Positions 1-9,987 of a DNA stretch of 64,000 bases are shown in pieces. Position 1 is the first letter of the stretch, and the number at the start of each line of letters is the position of its first letter. The translations under genes and the position numbers were made by a program. The notes beneath the pieces were generated by a model. The model was not told the origin of the DNA. It saw only the letters and a list, made by a program, of their open reading frames with translations, and searched no databases. Source of the stretch: Acidobacteriota bacterium (GTDB taxonomy: Bacteria; Acidobacteriota; UBA890; WLXD01). The stretch is taken from assembly GCA_965248695.1 (NCBI GenBank), contig CBDFKD010000002.1:2848001-2912000 (forward strand), in the 5' to 3' direction.

Positions 1-1930
1 TTGCGTCTGGGTTGGTCTTCAACAGTCCGGCCGCGCCGGCAGCATCGAATCCTTCCGTCGCGAGGCGAGCCACCGCTTCGTCCACAGTCGAGCCCGTCAA
101 GAGCTGGTGCTCCTCTCCGGGATCTTGACTGAGGTCGTATAGCTCTCGAAGCTTGCCTGTCAGGCTTTCGGCCATGAGCTTCCACGGGCCCTTCCGGATG
201 CCTAGCATCTCGCGGCCATTCAATAAGACCAGTCTGTTTTCGTCGCTCTCGACAGTGACCGTGGCACCACGGACTGAATCGATAACCATCGGCTTGACGT
301 CAATCAGGGACCACAGCCCGTCGATCGTCCGACCCGTATCCTGTCCAGGGCGCTTTACCAGCAAAGGTACCCTCGCCTGCTCTTCATACGGACGCCATCC
401 ATGGGTCGGGAAGCCATGGGCCCCAAGCCCTTCACCGTGATCAGAAGTCACCACGATGAGCGACCGGTCGAACCTCTCCGTCTGTTGAAGATACGCGAAC
501 AGTCTCCCGATCTCCGAGTCCAAATATGCGATTTCACCATCGTATTGAGAACTGACGTGAGCGGCCTGGCGGCTTGTGTACGTCCCGGTCCGACGGTAAT
601 CGGATATCAGCCGCGAATCATAGCGAAGCGCAGGGTCATATCCGGGGAACCGACCGGTAAACTCAGTGGGCGGTCGATACGGATCGTGTGCATCCAACAG
701 GTTCAAGAAGAAGAACGTGGGGCCTTCCGAAGACTCGACCCAAGAGATCGCACTGTCGACCATCGCCGTCGCGCGCGGGTAGTACACGTCGCCGACTATC
801 CAGCGGTTGTCGAACCAATTCAGTTGCCCGACGAACGGGACGGGAGCCAGTAGCGTCCGCACTGCCGCATCTTGGTGGGCTCCAGGGAGGTTGTGAACTC
901 CGGGCGCGATGCGGTCGAATCCCCGATGCATGTCGGCCGGTAAAGCGAGGCGATTCGCCGAAAGCGCGATCGTCGAGTAACCCCGGCCACGAAGTTCCTC
1001 AGCGATTGTCTCCGCTTGTGAATGTTCGGCGTATCGTCCAGTGAAAAGGGATCGATGACTTTCTGGCGTGCGGGTGTGCGTCGAGTATGCGTTCTCGTAA
1101 CGATCGGAAATCTCCGCGAACCTGTCCAGGTTCGGGCTTACACGGCGCGCATAACCGTAGGACCCGAGACGGTCAGCGCGCACCGTATCGAGCACGATCA
1201 GCCATACATCGGCGCGGGTCTCCCCAGTTTCGACAATGCTCTCCACGTCCGGTCTGCCACCCGCATACCCGACCGTGCCCGCATAAAGGATCTGGCCCGC
1301 GGTAGCCAGGAGCACCAGGAGCGGGACCACTAGCACGGCCCAGTACCGGGAAGCCGGGGCGATGTGACGCGACCGCCAGATGAGAGCGAATCCGAGCCCC
1401 GGCAGAATCAAGAACCAGCTCGGATCCACGTCTACGAGCTGCGTCGCCACGGACGGGAAGCACAGCCAAACGCTAGCGATTGGCACAGAACTCGTGAGGA
1501 GCACTGTGACCGTTCCCTCCCGGTCGCGCGCGATCATTCGTGCCGCCGCTGCCCCAATAAGCAGCACGACGCTCATAGGAATCCAGGCCCAGCCTTCCCA
1601 CGATGCCGACGACCCGTCGGTTTGGCTGATCAGAACAACCAGAGATACGAAATTGATCGTGAACAGCATCGTCTCTGGATGCTGCCGCGATTCGCCTCGG
1701 AATCGACGGGTGAGCGCCGCCGCCAGAGCCGCGATGGCACCCATCGCGCACGACAACACGCCGTAGAAAGCCAGCGAAACGAGTACCTGGCGGAAGCCGA
1801 CGGGCTGATAGAGGTACCGCATTCGAAGCCCCTCGAACACGGCGAATGATAGCCAGAACAACAGCGACGCGGCGAAGAGGGAACTACCCTTGGGTGGCCG
1901 TGGTCGTGTGATCCAAGCGGGCATCCGCAT
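1..1930 (-). CDS. Membrane-anchored sulfatase/alkaline-phosphatase-superfamily protein, paralog 1 (3' end runs off the window)
   Basis: Not in the ORF track because it has no stop in the window. Manual translation from ATG 1930 (preceded by GAGAGGA) gives TM helices, then LIVLDTVRAD, AYSTHTRTPESHRSLFTG, LNLLDAHDPY and VTSDHGE, collinear with 2175..4157. Confidence 0.85.
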   Translation of the reverse strand, partial: MRMPAWITRPRPPKGSSLFAASLLFWLSFAVFEGLRMRYLYQPVGFRQVLVSLAFYGVLSCAMGAIAALAAALTRRFRGESRQHPETMLFTINFVSLVVLISQTDGSSASWEGWAWIPMSVVLLIGAAAARMIARDREGTVTVLLTSSVPIASVWLCFPSVATQLVDVDPSWFLILPGLGFALIWRSRHIAPASRYWAVLVVPLLVLLATAGQILYAGTVGYAGGRPDVESIVETGETRADVWLIVLDTVRADRLGSYGYARRVSPNLDRFAEISDRYENAYSTHTRTPESHRSLFTGRYAEHSQAETIAEELRGRGYSTIALSANRLALPADMHRGFDRIAPGVHNLPGAHQDAAVRTLLAPVPFVGQLNWFDNRWIVGDVYYPRATAMVDSAISWVESSEGPTFFFLNLLDAHDPYRPPTEFTGRFPGYDPALRYDSRLISDYRRTGTYTSRQAAHVSSQYDGEIAYLDSEIGRLFAYLQQTERFDRSLIVVTSDHGEGLGAHGFPTHGWRPYEEQARVPLLVKRPGQDTGRTIDGLWSLIDVKPMVIDSVRGATVTVESDENRLVLLNGREMLGIRKGPWKLMAESLTGKLRELYDLSQDPGEEHQLLTGSTVDEAVARLATEGFDAAGAAGLLKTNPDA

Positions 1931-2011
1931 CCAGGTGGGTCCTCTCCCGAATAGTTCGCTAGGCAGGCACGTCCGACACCCGCGCCCGTCCGCCTGGGCC
2001 AAGGTGGGCGG

Positions 2012-2024
2012 TCATCTTAGTACA
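2012..2024 (-). promoter_or_regulatory. 13-bp motif TGTACTAAGATGA shared upstream of both sulfatase paralogs (second copy 4233..4245); contains a TAAGAT -10-like hexamer
   Basis: Identical 13-mer 82 and 76 bp upstream of the two starts, within otherwise diverged spacers. Confidence 0.4.
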
Positions 2025-2174
2025 TCGAGTTTGCACACGGGCGGCTCATGGTGGAGCCGGTGAGCTGACTCGCGCGGGGACTGGGAACCTCGCAGCCCAT
2101 CTCTGCCGCCGTGCTACTCGTACTTGGACCGGTTCATTGCGCCACCGCGAAGATCAGCGCCAACAGGCGCGCGA

Positions 2175-4157
2175 CTACTGAATGTAGCCCAAGCTCCTGA
2201 GCAACTCGCGTTGCTGTTTGGATGGGGCCGAGCCCTGTTTCAACAACCCCGCCGCGTCAGCGGCGGCGAACCCTTCCGCGGCGAGCCGATTGGCCACCTC
2301 GTTGGTCGTCGAGCCTGCCAGAAGGTCTGTTTCCTCACCGGGATCACGACTGAGGTCGTATAGCTCGCGGAGCCTACCGTTCAGCTTGTCGGCCAACAGC
2401 TTCCACGGACCTTTCCGTACGCCTAGCAACTCGCGGCCGTTGAGCAGGACCACGTCGTCTCCGTCGCGGGCGGAGCTTGACTCGCCACCGTTGACCGAGT
2501 CCAGGACGATCGACTTAACCTCAACAAGGGACCACAAGCCACCAATTGTCCGACCCGCATCCTGCCCCGGGTGCTTTACGATCAAGGGTACTCGAGACTG
2601 CTCCTCGTACGGAAACCACCCATGCGTAGCAAACCCGTGAGCTCCAAGCCCCTCGCCATGGTCTGAGGTCACCAGTACGAGCGACGGCTCGAACCTCCCG
2701 GCTCGCCGAAGATACGAGAACAGCCGCCCCAGTTCCGCATCCGCATAGGCGATCTCTCCGTCGTATTGAGAAACCACGTGGGAGGTTTGAGCGCTCGTGT
2801 ATCTTCCCGTCCGCATGCCTTCGACCACCAACCCGGAGTCATAGCGCAGCATGGGATCGTAGCCTGGGAACAATTCCGCAAACTGTAGGGGGGGGCGATA
2901 AGGATCGTGTGCGTCCAATAGGTTCAGGAACAAGAACGTGGGCCTGTCCGATGCGTCGAGCCAGGACACCGCCCTGTCTACCATCGCGGTTGCTCGCGAG
3001 TAAAACACGTCCCCGATCACCCAGCGGTTGTTGAACCAGTTTCGTTCTCCGAGGAACGGGATGGGAGCCAGCAACGCTCGCACGGTCGAAGCGTGGTGAG
3101 CCCTGGGAAGGTTGTGCACGCCGGGAGCTATGCGATCGAATCCGCGATGCATGTCGGCGGGTAGGGCGAGGCGGTTTGCCGAAAGCGCGATCGTCGAGTA
3201 CCCGAGACTGCGCAATTCTTCGGCAATTGTCGTCGCTTCTGCGTGCTTGGCGAATCGCCCGGTGAACAGGGATCGATGACTCTCTGGAGTCCGCGTGTGT
3301 GTCGCGTAGGCATATTCATACCTGTCGGACAGGGCCGCAAGTTGGTCAAGATGCGGGCTCACTGGCCGCTCGTAGCCGTATGAACCGATGTGATCAGCGC
3401 GCACCGTATCGAGCACGATCATTAGGACGTCAGGTTGACGCTGCACGCCGTCGTTCTCCGTACCTCCATCGCTGACGAACTGTTCCGGCGCATGTCCTAC
3501 TTTGCCCGCATAGAGAATATGGCAGCTGGTGGCGACGAGAATCAGCAGCGGGAGGAGAAGTGCTAGCCCGTATCCCGATGGAGCTGCGAGACGCGGGGAG
3601 CGCCACAGCGCCGCGAATCCGACCCCGATCATGACCAAGAACCAGGCCGGGTCTAGCTCTACGAGTTGCGTGCGCACGGACGGGAAAGTCAGCCAAACAA
3701 TGACGCCAGGTACCAAGACGGTCAGGAGAACTTCGACCTTCCCGTTTGTCTGGTTCGCGATTGCTCCTAGTGCAACTGCTCCGACTAGGACTGCGACACC
3801 TGCAGCCACCCAGCTGAAGCCCTCCAGCGACGAACGCGATCCGTCGGCTCGACTAATGAGAATCAGCAGGACCACGGCGTTGAGGGCGAACAAGAGAACC
3901 ACTGGTCTTGCAGTCCACGAGGCTCGAAGTCGGGGAATCAAACACATGGTCAGAGCTGCAACGGCGGCCATGGCTACCGCGAACCCGGCGTAGAAGACCA
4001 GCGAGACAAGCACCTGGCGGAAGCCAAGTGGCTGGTACAGGTATCGACTGCGAAGGCCCTCGAAGACGGCGAAAGAGACCCAGAACAGGACCGATGCACC
4101 GAGCAAGCACCGCCCGGCCGACAGTCGTTCCCGATCGGCCCAAGCAGGCGACCACAT
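2175..4157 (-). CDS. Membrane-anchored sulfatase-fold protein, paralog 2
   Basis: About 7 N-terminal TM segments; IVLDTVRADH, THTRTPESHRSLFTG, DAHDPY, YDGEI, TSDHGE, ELYDL..DPGE, C-terminal LRSLGYIQ. Start moved to ATG 4157 by homology of its RBS region with paralog 1. Confidence 0.9.
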   Translation of the reverse strand: MWSPAWADRERLSAGRCLLGASVLFWVSFAVFEGLRSRYLYQPLGFRQVLVSLVFYAGFAVAMAAVAALTMCLIPRLRASWTARPVVLLFALNAVVLLILISRADGSRSSLEGFSWVAAGVAVLVGAVALGAIANQTNGKVEVLLTVLVPGVIVWLTFPSVRTQLVELDPAWFLVMIGVGFAALWRSPRLAAPSGYGLALLLPLLILVATSCHILYAGKVGHAPEQFVSDGGTENDGVQRQPDVLMIVLDTVRADHIGSYGYERPVSPHLDQLAALSDRYEYAYATHTRTPESHRSLFTGRFAKHAEATTIAEELRSLGYSTIALSANRLALPADMHRGFDRIAPGVHNLPRAHHASTVRALLAPIPFLGERNWFNNRWVIGDVFYSRATAMVDRAVSWLDASDRPTFLFLNLLDAHDPYRPPLQFAELFPGYDPMLRYDSGLVVEGMRTGRYTSAQTSHVVSQYDGEIAYADAELGRLFSYLRRAGRFEPSLVLVTSDHGEGLGAHGFATHGWFPYEEQSRVPLIVKHPGQDAGRTIGGLWSLVEVKSIVLDSVNGGESSSARDGDDVVLLNGRELLGVRKGPWKLLADKLNGRLRELYDLSRDPGEETDLLAGSTTNEVANRLAAEGFAAADAAGLLKQGSAPSKQQRELLRSLGYIQ

Positions 4158-4237
4158 CAAGCTGGGTCCTTTCGCAGAGCGTGCCAGGGCGCGCGCAGAG
4201 GCCCCCAACCGAGTGATCTCAAGACCGATCGCTCATC

Positions 4238-5320
4238 TTAGTACACCGACTGGACCGATTTGCGGAGCTCTTCGGCCAGCAACCGTGCGCCGATCGGGAT
4301 GGTGTATCGCCCCTCGACGAACGCGCGTCCCGCGGCGCCCATACGCTCACGCTGCTCCGCGCTATCAACTAGTCGGAGGATGCCGGACACCCATTCGTCG
4401 TGGGTCCGGGCGTGGAACCCAGTCTCCCCATGCTGGACCATCTCCGCCACCACTCCGACCGGAGAGGCGACAACTGGCACTCCGGCAGCCATGTATTGGA
4501 TGGCCTTCAAGCCACATTTGCCGCGTGACCAGTCCGAGTCCGGCAATGGGTAGAGACCTATGTCCGCGTTGGCGAAATAGCTCGTCTCGTCGGCCAGCCT
4601 CCAACGCGTGGCCTTCACCGGAACGCTTCCGAGTCGGTTCGGTGGCCTACTGCTGACGACCTCGAAGCAGAACTCTCGCTGCGACGCCACCTCCTCGAGG
4701 GCCGATCTGACCAACTCCAGATACGGCTGCGTCGTATGCGTGCCTACCCAGGAAATGCGAACCACGCCTTGAGCTGCGCGAGCCGCTGACGGCTGCAGCC
4801 GGTCGGCATCGACGACCGTTGGAACGATCTGAACCCGTTTGGCTCCTTCGTGCCGGGCAAACTCGGCGAGCCACCTGTTGCCAGCCAGGACGACCCGTGC
4901 GCCACGCACGATTGCCTTCGTATCCTTGCGCTCCTGACGCAATGGTCGGAGCCAACTCGTACCACCCTCTACCGGCAGGTAGACGGCATCATCGAGATCG
5001 AACAGGTATGGGATCCCGGTGCTCTTGAGGCTGCCAAGTAGCAAACGGTTGAAGAAGGGGGCCAGCTCTCGGTAAACGATCACCGCGTCGGTGTCGGACA
5101 AGCTCGATATCTGTCGTCGCCGGCGGCGGTAGCCGTGCCAGACCGCTTTCGCTCGTGTGGTGAGCCCTCGGCGGTAGAGCGCCTGGAACTCCGTAGGCGA
5201 GAAGAAGGGCCACACCTTGAGCTGAATGCCCAGGCGATTCAGCTCGTCCGTATACTGAACAAGCCGGTAGCGCGAACCGGGGCTCTCCTCGGGGTGAGTC
5301 GTTAGCGCCACTACCCGCAT
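4238..5320 (-). CDS. Glycosyltransferase family 4
   Basis: SRYRLVQY, FDLDDAVY, GKCGLKAIQYMAAGVPVVASPVG GT-B signature. Confidence 0.92.
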   Translation of the reverse strand: MRVVALTTHPEESPGSRYRLVQYTDELNRLGIQLKVWPFFSPTEFQALYRRGLTTRAKAVWHGYRRRRRQISSLSDTDAVIVYRELAPFFNRLLLGSLKSTGIPYLFDLDDAVYLPVEGGTSWLRPLRQERKDTKAIVRGARVVLAGNRWLAEFARHEGAKRVQIVPTVVDADRLQPSAARAAQGVVRISWVGTHTTQPYLELVRSALEEVASQREFCFEVVSSRPPNRLGSVPVKATRWRLADETSYFANADIGLYPLPDSDWSRGKCGLKAIQYMAAGVPVVASPVGVVAEMVQHGETGFHARTHDEWVSGILRLVDSAEQRERMGAAGRAFVEGRYTIPIGARLLAEELRKSVQSVY

Positions 5321-5341
5321 GCGTCTTGCCTGCGTCGGTGG

Positions 5342-7333
5342 CTACGCTGATCTGGCGGCACGGCTAGGTTGGTCGCTGTCTCGGGCGGGCGCCACGGACT
5401 CAGCGGAGTGCTCGAGCCACGCCTGGAACATCAAGACGGTCCATAGCTCGTGGTGGCGATTGAGCCGTTCCGACGTGTGCTCGTTCCAGGCCTTGCGGAT
5501 TGGCGCCGCATTCAAATATCCATCACCGCCCAGTCGACGAGCGTCTAGCAGCGACTCCGCCCAATCACGAAGTGGGCCGCGGAGCCACGTATCGATCGGC
5601 ACCGCGAACCCCATCTTCGGACGGTCTGTCAAAGCGACAGGAACGTGCCGATCGAGAACACGTCGGAGCACCCATTTGCCGGGTCCTCGGTCAGCTTTCA
5701 TGGCGGATCTGAGTCGCCATGAGAGCTCGACGACACGATGGTCCAATAGTGGAACCCGAGCCTCCAGCCCGACCGACATGCTGGCCCGGTCCACCTTGGC
5801 CAGAATGTCGTCCGGCAGATAGGTCAGCGAGTCCAGCAGCTGCATACGCTCCTTGGGGTCGGGAACGTCTGCCTCGAGATCGCGATCCCATGGAACATCG
5901 GACGCTGACTGGGCTCCGGCAACCAGGTCGTTGGGCCGTGTCCAACAGCTGACCAAGGTTTCGTAGACGGCTGCCTCGGACTCGAGGGCAATCAGGTCGG
6001 CCAGCTTGTGCATCTTCTCGCCCGGCAGTCGCACACGACGTCGCGCCGGGACGATACGCGCCAGCCGGTTCCATGCATCGGGAGACAGTGCCCGGAGAGC
6101 CGCCGCGCCGAATTGCCGGAACAAGCGTGGCACCTGAGCCACACCGTTGTGAAGCCGCGAGCCCCACGAGTACCGATTGTAGCCTCCGAACAGCTCGTCG
6201 CCGCCGTCCCCCGAGAGCGCCACCGTTACGTGCTTGCGCGTAAGGTGAGACACCAGGCTCGTCGGGACCTGCGAGGAATCACCGAACGGCTCGTCGAACC
6301 ACTCCGGCAACCGCGGGATAAGCGCCATCGCGTCGTCTGGCTCGACGTACAGCTCCGTATGCTCCGTGCCGAGATGTTTGGCGACAGCGGCGGCATGCAC
6401 AGCCTCGTTGTACAAATCCTGGCCGAAGCCGATTGAGAACGTACGTACCGGGCGAGAGCTCTGCGCCTGCATGAGCGCTACTACCGTAGAGCTGTCGATA
6501 CCGCCCGACAGGAAGGCGCCGAGCGGAACATCCGCGACCATGCGCCTTCCCACAGCGTCCAACAGCAGTTCCTCTAGCTGATCGGTCAGGTCGGAGTCAC
6601 TGCCCTCGAGTCGGTGACGGACCCCCTCGGCGGCGATTCTGCGCAGATCCCAATAGGTCGAGATCTGGTGGGTTCCATCAGGGTGAATCCGCACGAGCTG
6701 TCCCGGCGGGAGCTTGGCGATCCCCTCATAGATGCTCTGCGGCGCGGGGACATATCCGAAGCGTAGGTAGCTCGCCAGCGCGGTCCGATCGACCCTCGCC
6801 TCGAAAGCCGGATGCGCCAGAAAGCACTTCGGCTGCGAGCCGAAGAACACGACGTTCTGCTGTCTACCCCAGTAGAGAGGCTTGATGCCAAGCCGGTCGC
6901 GCGCGAGCGTCAGGGTCTGTGTATGGCGATCCCAAAGCGCGAACGAGAACATTCCGTTGAGCCGCTCCAGCGCGCCCTCGACACCCCATTCAACGCACCC
7001 TTCGAGAAGAACCTCGGTATCGGAATAGCCGCGAAACCGGGTTCCGCCCGCCCGGAGGTCGTCGGCCAGGGCGCGAAAGTTGTAGATCTCGCCGTTATAC
7101 GCAAGAACGAATCTGCCGTCCGACGACACCATCGGTTGGCCGCCAAGCGGCGACAGATCCACGATCGAGAGTCGCCGATGTCCGAGAGCAACGCCCACAG
7201 CGGGGTCTGCCCAGGTGCCACCGTCATCGGGACCGCGGTGTCGAACCTGGTCGGCCATGGCGTGGGCGAGCTGTTCGAGCTCGTGGCCCGAGGTCTCGGC
7301 CCGAAGATCTATGAACCCGGCGTAGCCGCACAT
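5342..7333 (-). CDS. asnB: Asparagine synthase (glutamine-hydrolysing), probable glycan amidotransferase
   Basis: MCG N-terminus, HRGPD, HRRLSIVD, YNGEIYN, LSGGIDSS, SGDGGDELFGGY, KMGF. Confidence 0.95.
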   Translation of the reverse strand: MCGYAGFIDLRAETSGHELEQLAHAMADQVRHRGPDDGGTWADPAVGVALGHRRLSIVDLSPLGGQPMVSSDGRFVLAYNGEIYNFRALADDLRAGGTRFRGYSDTEVLLEGCVEWGVEGALERLNGMFSFALWDRHTQTLTLARDRLGIKPLYWGRQQNVVFFGSQPKCFLAHPAFEARVDRTALASYLRFGYVPAPQSIYEGIAKLPPGQLVRIHPDGTHQISTYWDLRRIAAEGVRHRLEGSDSDLTDQLEELLLDAVGRRMVADVPLGAFLSGGIDSSTVVALMQAQSSRPVRTFSIGFGQDLYNEAVHAAAVAKHLGTEHTELYVEPDDAMALIPRLPEWFDEPFGDSSQVPTSLVSHLTRKHVTVALSGDGGDELFGGYNRYSWGSRLHNGVAQVPRLFRQFGAAALRALSPDAWNRLARIVPARRRVRLPGEKMHKLADLIALESEAAVYETLVSCWTRPNDLVAGAQSASDVPWDRDLEADVPDPKERMQLLDSLTYLPDDILAKVDRASMSVGLEARVPLLDHRVVELSWRLRSAMKADRGPGKWVLRRVLDRHVPVALTDRPKMGFAVPIDTWLRGPLRDWAESLLDARRLGGDGYLNAAPIRKAWNEHTSERLNRHHELWTVLMFQAWLEHSAESVAPARDSDQPSRAARSA

Positions 7334-7575
7334 TGATAGTTACCCTGCTGTGTTCATCAACGCCCTCGCCCAACACCTGTGCGGCGAAGCATGGCACCGA
7401 TGAATGCGGCGATCCTCCTCGAACTGAGCACGGCCACGGAGGAATCTTGACGTCGGTCGGGAGCGTAGCGAAGATTCATCCTATCTGGCAGTGTCCTCTC
7501 TGGCAGAGTTCTGTCCCGTCGGGGGCACCTACTAGACTGCCCGCATACCCTCGCCCAACCGAATCGGAAGAAACT

Positions 7576-8595
7576 ATGGCGATCCGCGGGAAGTCCTTCC
7601 GAGCGATCCAGAGCCGACTTACACGGTTCTGCGTCGCGACCGGTCACGCGGACCGTGCGTTCTTCCTTCTCCTGAGCTCCGGGCGGGCGATACCGGTGAA
7701 CGAGCTGCTCGCACCGAGGAATGTCGCGCGTCTTGCTTCCAGCGCACTGCGATATGGCCGACCGAGAATCCTGCGCATGCCCACGAACTTCAAGCTCAAG
7801 ATCAAGAACAATGCACAACTAGTCTACTCGGACACGTCCGGCAAGACCGGCGCTACCGATCGACGGCTCGTCTCCGCCAAGATCGGCCTTCCCTCGGAGT
7901 GGCGGACCGGCTCCCTGGCGCGTGAGATCAAGGCGCGGCAGATCCTGCGCGATTCCGATGCGGCTTCATTTTCCATGCCGACGTTGCACGGCTACGATCG
8001 ACAGAGCCTTACGTGGCTGGCAGAGGAGTTCATCGATGCCGATCCACAGGTCTCTCCGGATCAGAGATCGGCGATCTTCCTGGACAAGCAGGCTACTCGT
8101 TTCTACAAACAGTTCGCGCGGCCACGCCCCATCGCGGCTTTTCTGCGCAAGACCGGAATCGCCCCCGAGACCGTTCAGCAACTCTTGGACGATGCCACAG
8201 TGACGCTCGGCCCCGCCCACTCGACGGATACCTGGCCGGTCTCCTTGACCCACGGTGACCTCTCTACCGGCAACATGATCGCGTCCCACGACGGACGTCT
8301 GTATATCATCGACTGGGAGAAGTTCGGACGAGGACCGATCGCGTGGGATCTGCGCAAGCTGTATCGGAACAGCGTGACTTCCGTCCTCGACGTGCTACAG
8401 AAGACCAGCGCGGAGGGAGATGTCGCCCCCGCGATGCAGATGCGCCTCGTCTTTGCCGTCGAACTGGCGGTACTCCGCCGTGACCGAGATCAGAGGCTCG
8501 CCTACCTGAGGCGCCATGCGGGATTGAGCCGCACCGCGTCCCTCCGGAGGGTTCAGGATCAGGACAGGACCCTACGTGATCTAATCGCAGCCTAG
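7576..8595 (+). CDS. Aminoglycoside-phosphotransferase/choline-kinase-like protein
   Basis: THGDLSTGN catalytic loop and IIDWE metal-binding motif; likely start ATG 7576. Confidence 0.75.
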   Translation: MAIRGKSFRAIQSRLTRFCVATGHADRAFFLLLSSGRAIPVNELLAPRNVARLASSALRYGRPRILRMPTNFKLKIKNNAQLVYSDTSGKTGATDRRLVSAKIGLPSEWRTGSLAREIKARQILRDSDAASFSMPTLHGYDRQSLTWLAEEFIDADPQVSPDQRSAIFLDKQATRFYKQFARPRPIAAFLRKTGIAPETVQQLLDDATVTLGPAHSTDTWPVSLTHGDLSTGNMIASHDGRLYIIDWEKFGRGPIAWDLRKLYRNSVTSVLDVLQKTSAEGDVAPAMQMRLVFAVELAVLRRDRDQRLAYLRRHAGLSRTASLRRVQDQDRTLRDLIAA

Positions 8596-8664
8596 AGCGA
8601 TGTGGCACCGTCGGGTCAGGAACACAGCAGCTCGACGGTAGGTTCAAAACCAGACTCCAGGCGA

Positions 8665-9924
8665 ATGAGCATGGCTAGCACCACACAACCCTTTGTGCAG
8701 CGCACGCTGGAGGTGACGCTCGCCGGATTCTTGGTCGGTGTCGGCGGACTCTCCGCCGCCTGCAGCGCTCCACCCGATGCGGACGGCCCCGCAGCCAGCC
8801 TGTGGACCAACGGCGCTGACAACCGCAGCTGGGACGATCCAGACAACTGGGAACGGCGCATCCTGCCCGGGGTCGCCCGCGACGCGGATTTCCGCTCCTC
8901 GACACCTGCCATCGTCGACATCCAGCCAGGAGTCACCAACTCGGCGTTGGACCTCGAGATTCACGATGGCAGCCATGTGTTCGAGTTTCGGTCCGGCTCC
9001 TCCATCGAGATTGCAGACGAGGTGGAGATCGGTGATTCAGGCCCCGCCTCGCTGACGTTGAGGGGACCGGGGACCCTCGTCGGACACGCGGTTCAATTCA
9101 CCGTGGGCCACAAGGGCAGCGTCGACAACGTCGGGACCTTGAGGGTGGCGGGGGGTGCCACCATCGATTGGTCGAACGGATTTGTGCGCGTCGGACGAGG
9201 GCTGGAGGATCTCCCGATACCCGGCCACCTCGAGGTCGTGGCCGGCGGGAAGATGGTTCTGAACGGCAGTTCGCTGCAGGTGGGCCTCAACGGTCCTGGA
9301 ACGCTCGAACTGAGCGGTTCGCGCTCAATGATCTCTCTTGGCGGGGATCCCGACAGCGGTACCGGCGACCTACTGATTGGTACTGCCGCCAGCGGATCTG
9401 TGGTCGTCGAAGAACAGGCAGTGCTGAGCGGTATTGGCGAGCTCGTGGTCGGAAACGGGAGCTCGGCCAGTCTCTCCGTTCTGTCCGGTGGTTCTGTCCG
9501 AGTCACAGGCCCTCGGATTGCCGTCAACGGAGGTCAGGTCGCCGTGTCGGGTGGAGGATCGATTCTGGCCGGCGCCGGTACCGGCACGGCCCTGAGTATC
9601 GAGGCCGGCGGCTCCCTTTCACTCGCCGCAGGAGGGGTTGTGCAGGGTATCGGAAGCCTCTCTTTTGATTCCGAAGCCAGGTTCAACCTCTCGTTCGAAG
9701 CCGGCCCCGCTGGAGACGTGACCGTGAGCGGCGCGGTGAGCCTGAACGGGGCTCGCATTGTCGTTACCGGCGCGGGGGTCTCCGGCGAGGCCTATCCTGT
9801 TCTTCGCACCCAGGGCGACGATGTGATCAGCGGTCGTTTCAATGAAGAGGATCTTGCACCTGGGTGGTCCATCGAGTATCGGGACAGTCAGGTCCTCCTG
9901 CATTTCGAGTCTGCCGCGACCTGA
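8665..9924 (+). CDS. Putative lipoprotein with Gly-rich beta-helix (autotransporter passenger-like) repeats
   Basis: Lipobox LSAAC; WTNG..N.SWDDPDNW start motif; recurring (L/I)xVG..G.G.L.(V/L).GG repeats; no beta-barrel or PEP-CTERM tail. Confidence 0.65.
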   Translation: MSMASTTQPFVQRTLEVTLAGFLVGVGGLSAACSAPPDADGPAASLWTNGADNRSWDDPDNWERRILPGVARDADFRSSTPAIVDIQPGVTNSALDLEIHDGSHVFEFRSGSSIEIADEVEIGDSGPASLTLRGPGTLVGHAVQFTVGHKGSVDNVGTLRVAGGATIDWSNGFVRVGRGLEDLPIPGHLEVVAGGKMVLNGSSLQVGLNGPGTLELSGSRSMISLGGDPDSGTGDLLIGTAASGSVVVEEQAVLSGIGELVVGNGSSASLSVLSGGSVRVTGPRIAVNGGQVAVSGGGSILAGAGTGTALSIEAGGSLSLAAGGVVQGIGSLSFDSEARFNLSFEAGPAGDVTVSGAVSLNGARIVVTGAGVSGEAYPVLRTQGDDVISGRFNEEDLAPGWSIEYRDSQVLLHFESAAT

Positions 9925-9987
9925 CGCTCTGAGCGGGCTTCTGACGGTGACCCTCGCACCTCGCCTGCCCGGTAGGGGGCGCCCACT

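Noticed and set aside
7576-8595. Aminoglycoside resistance gene
   Set aside because: Only the generic APH/choline-kinase fold motifs are present; the glycan-locus context favours a sugar or substituent kinase.
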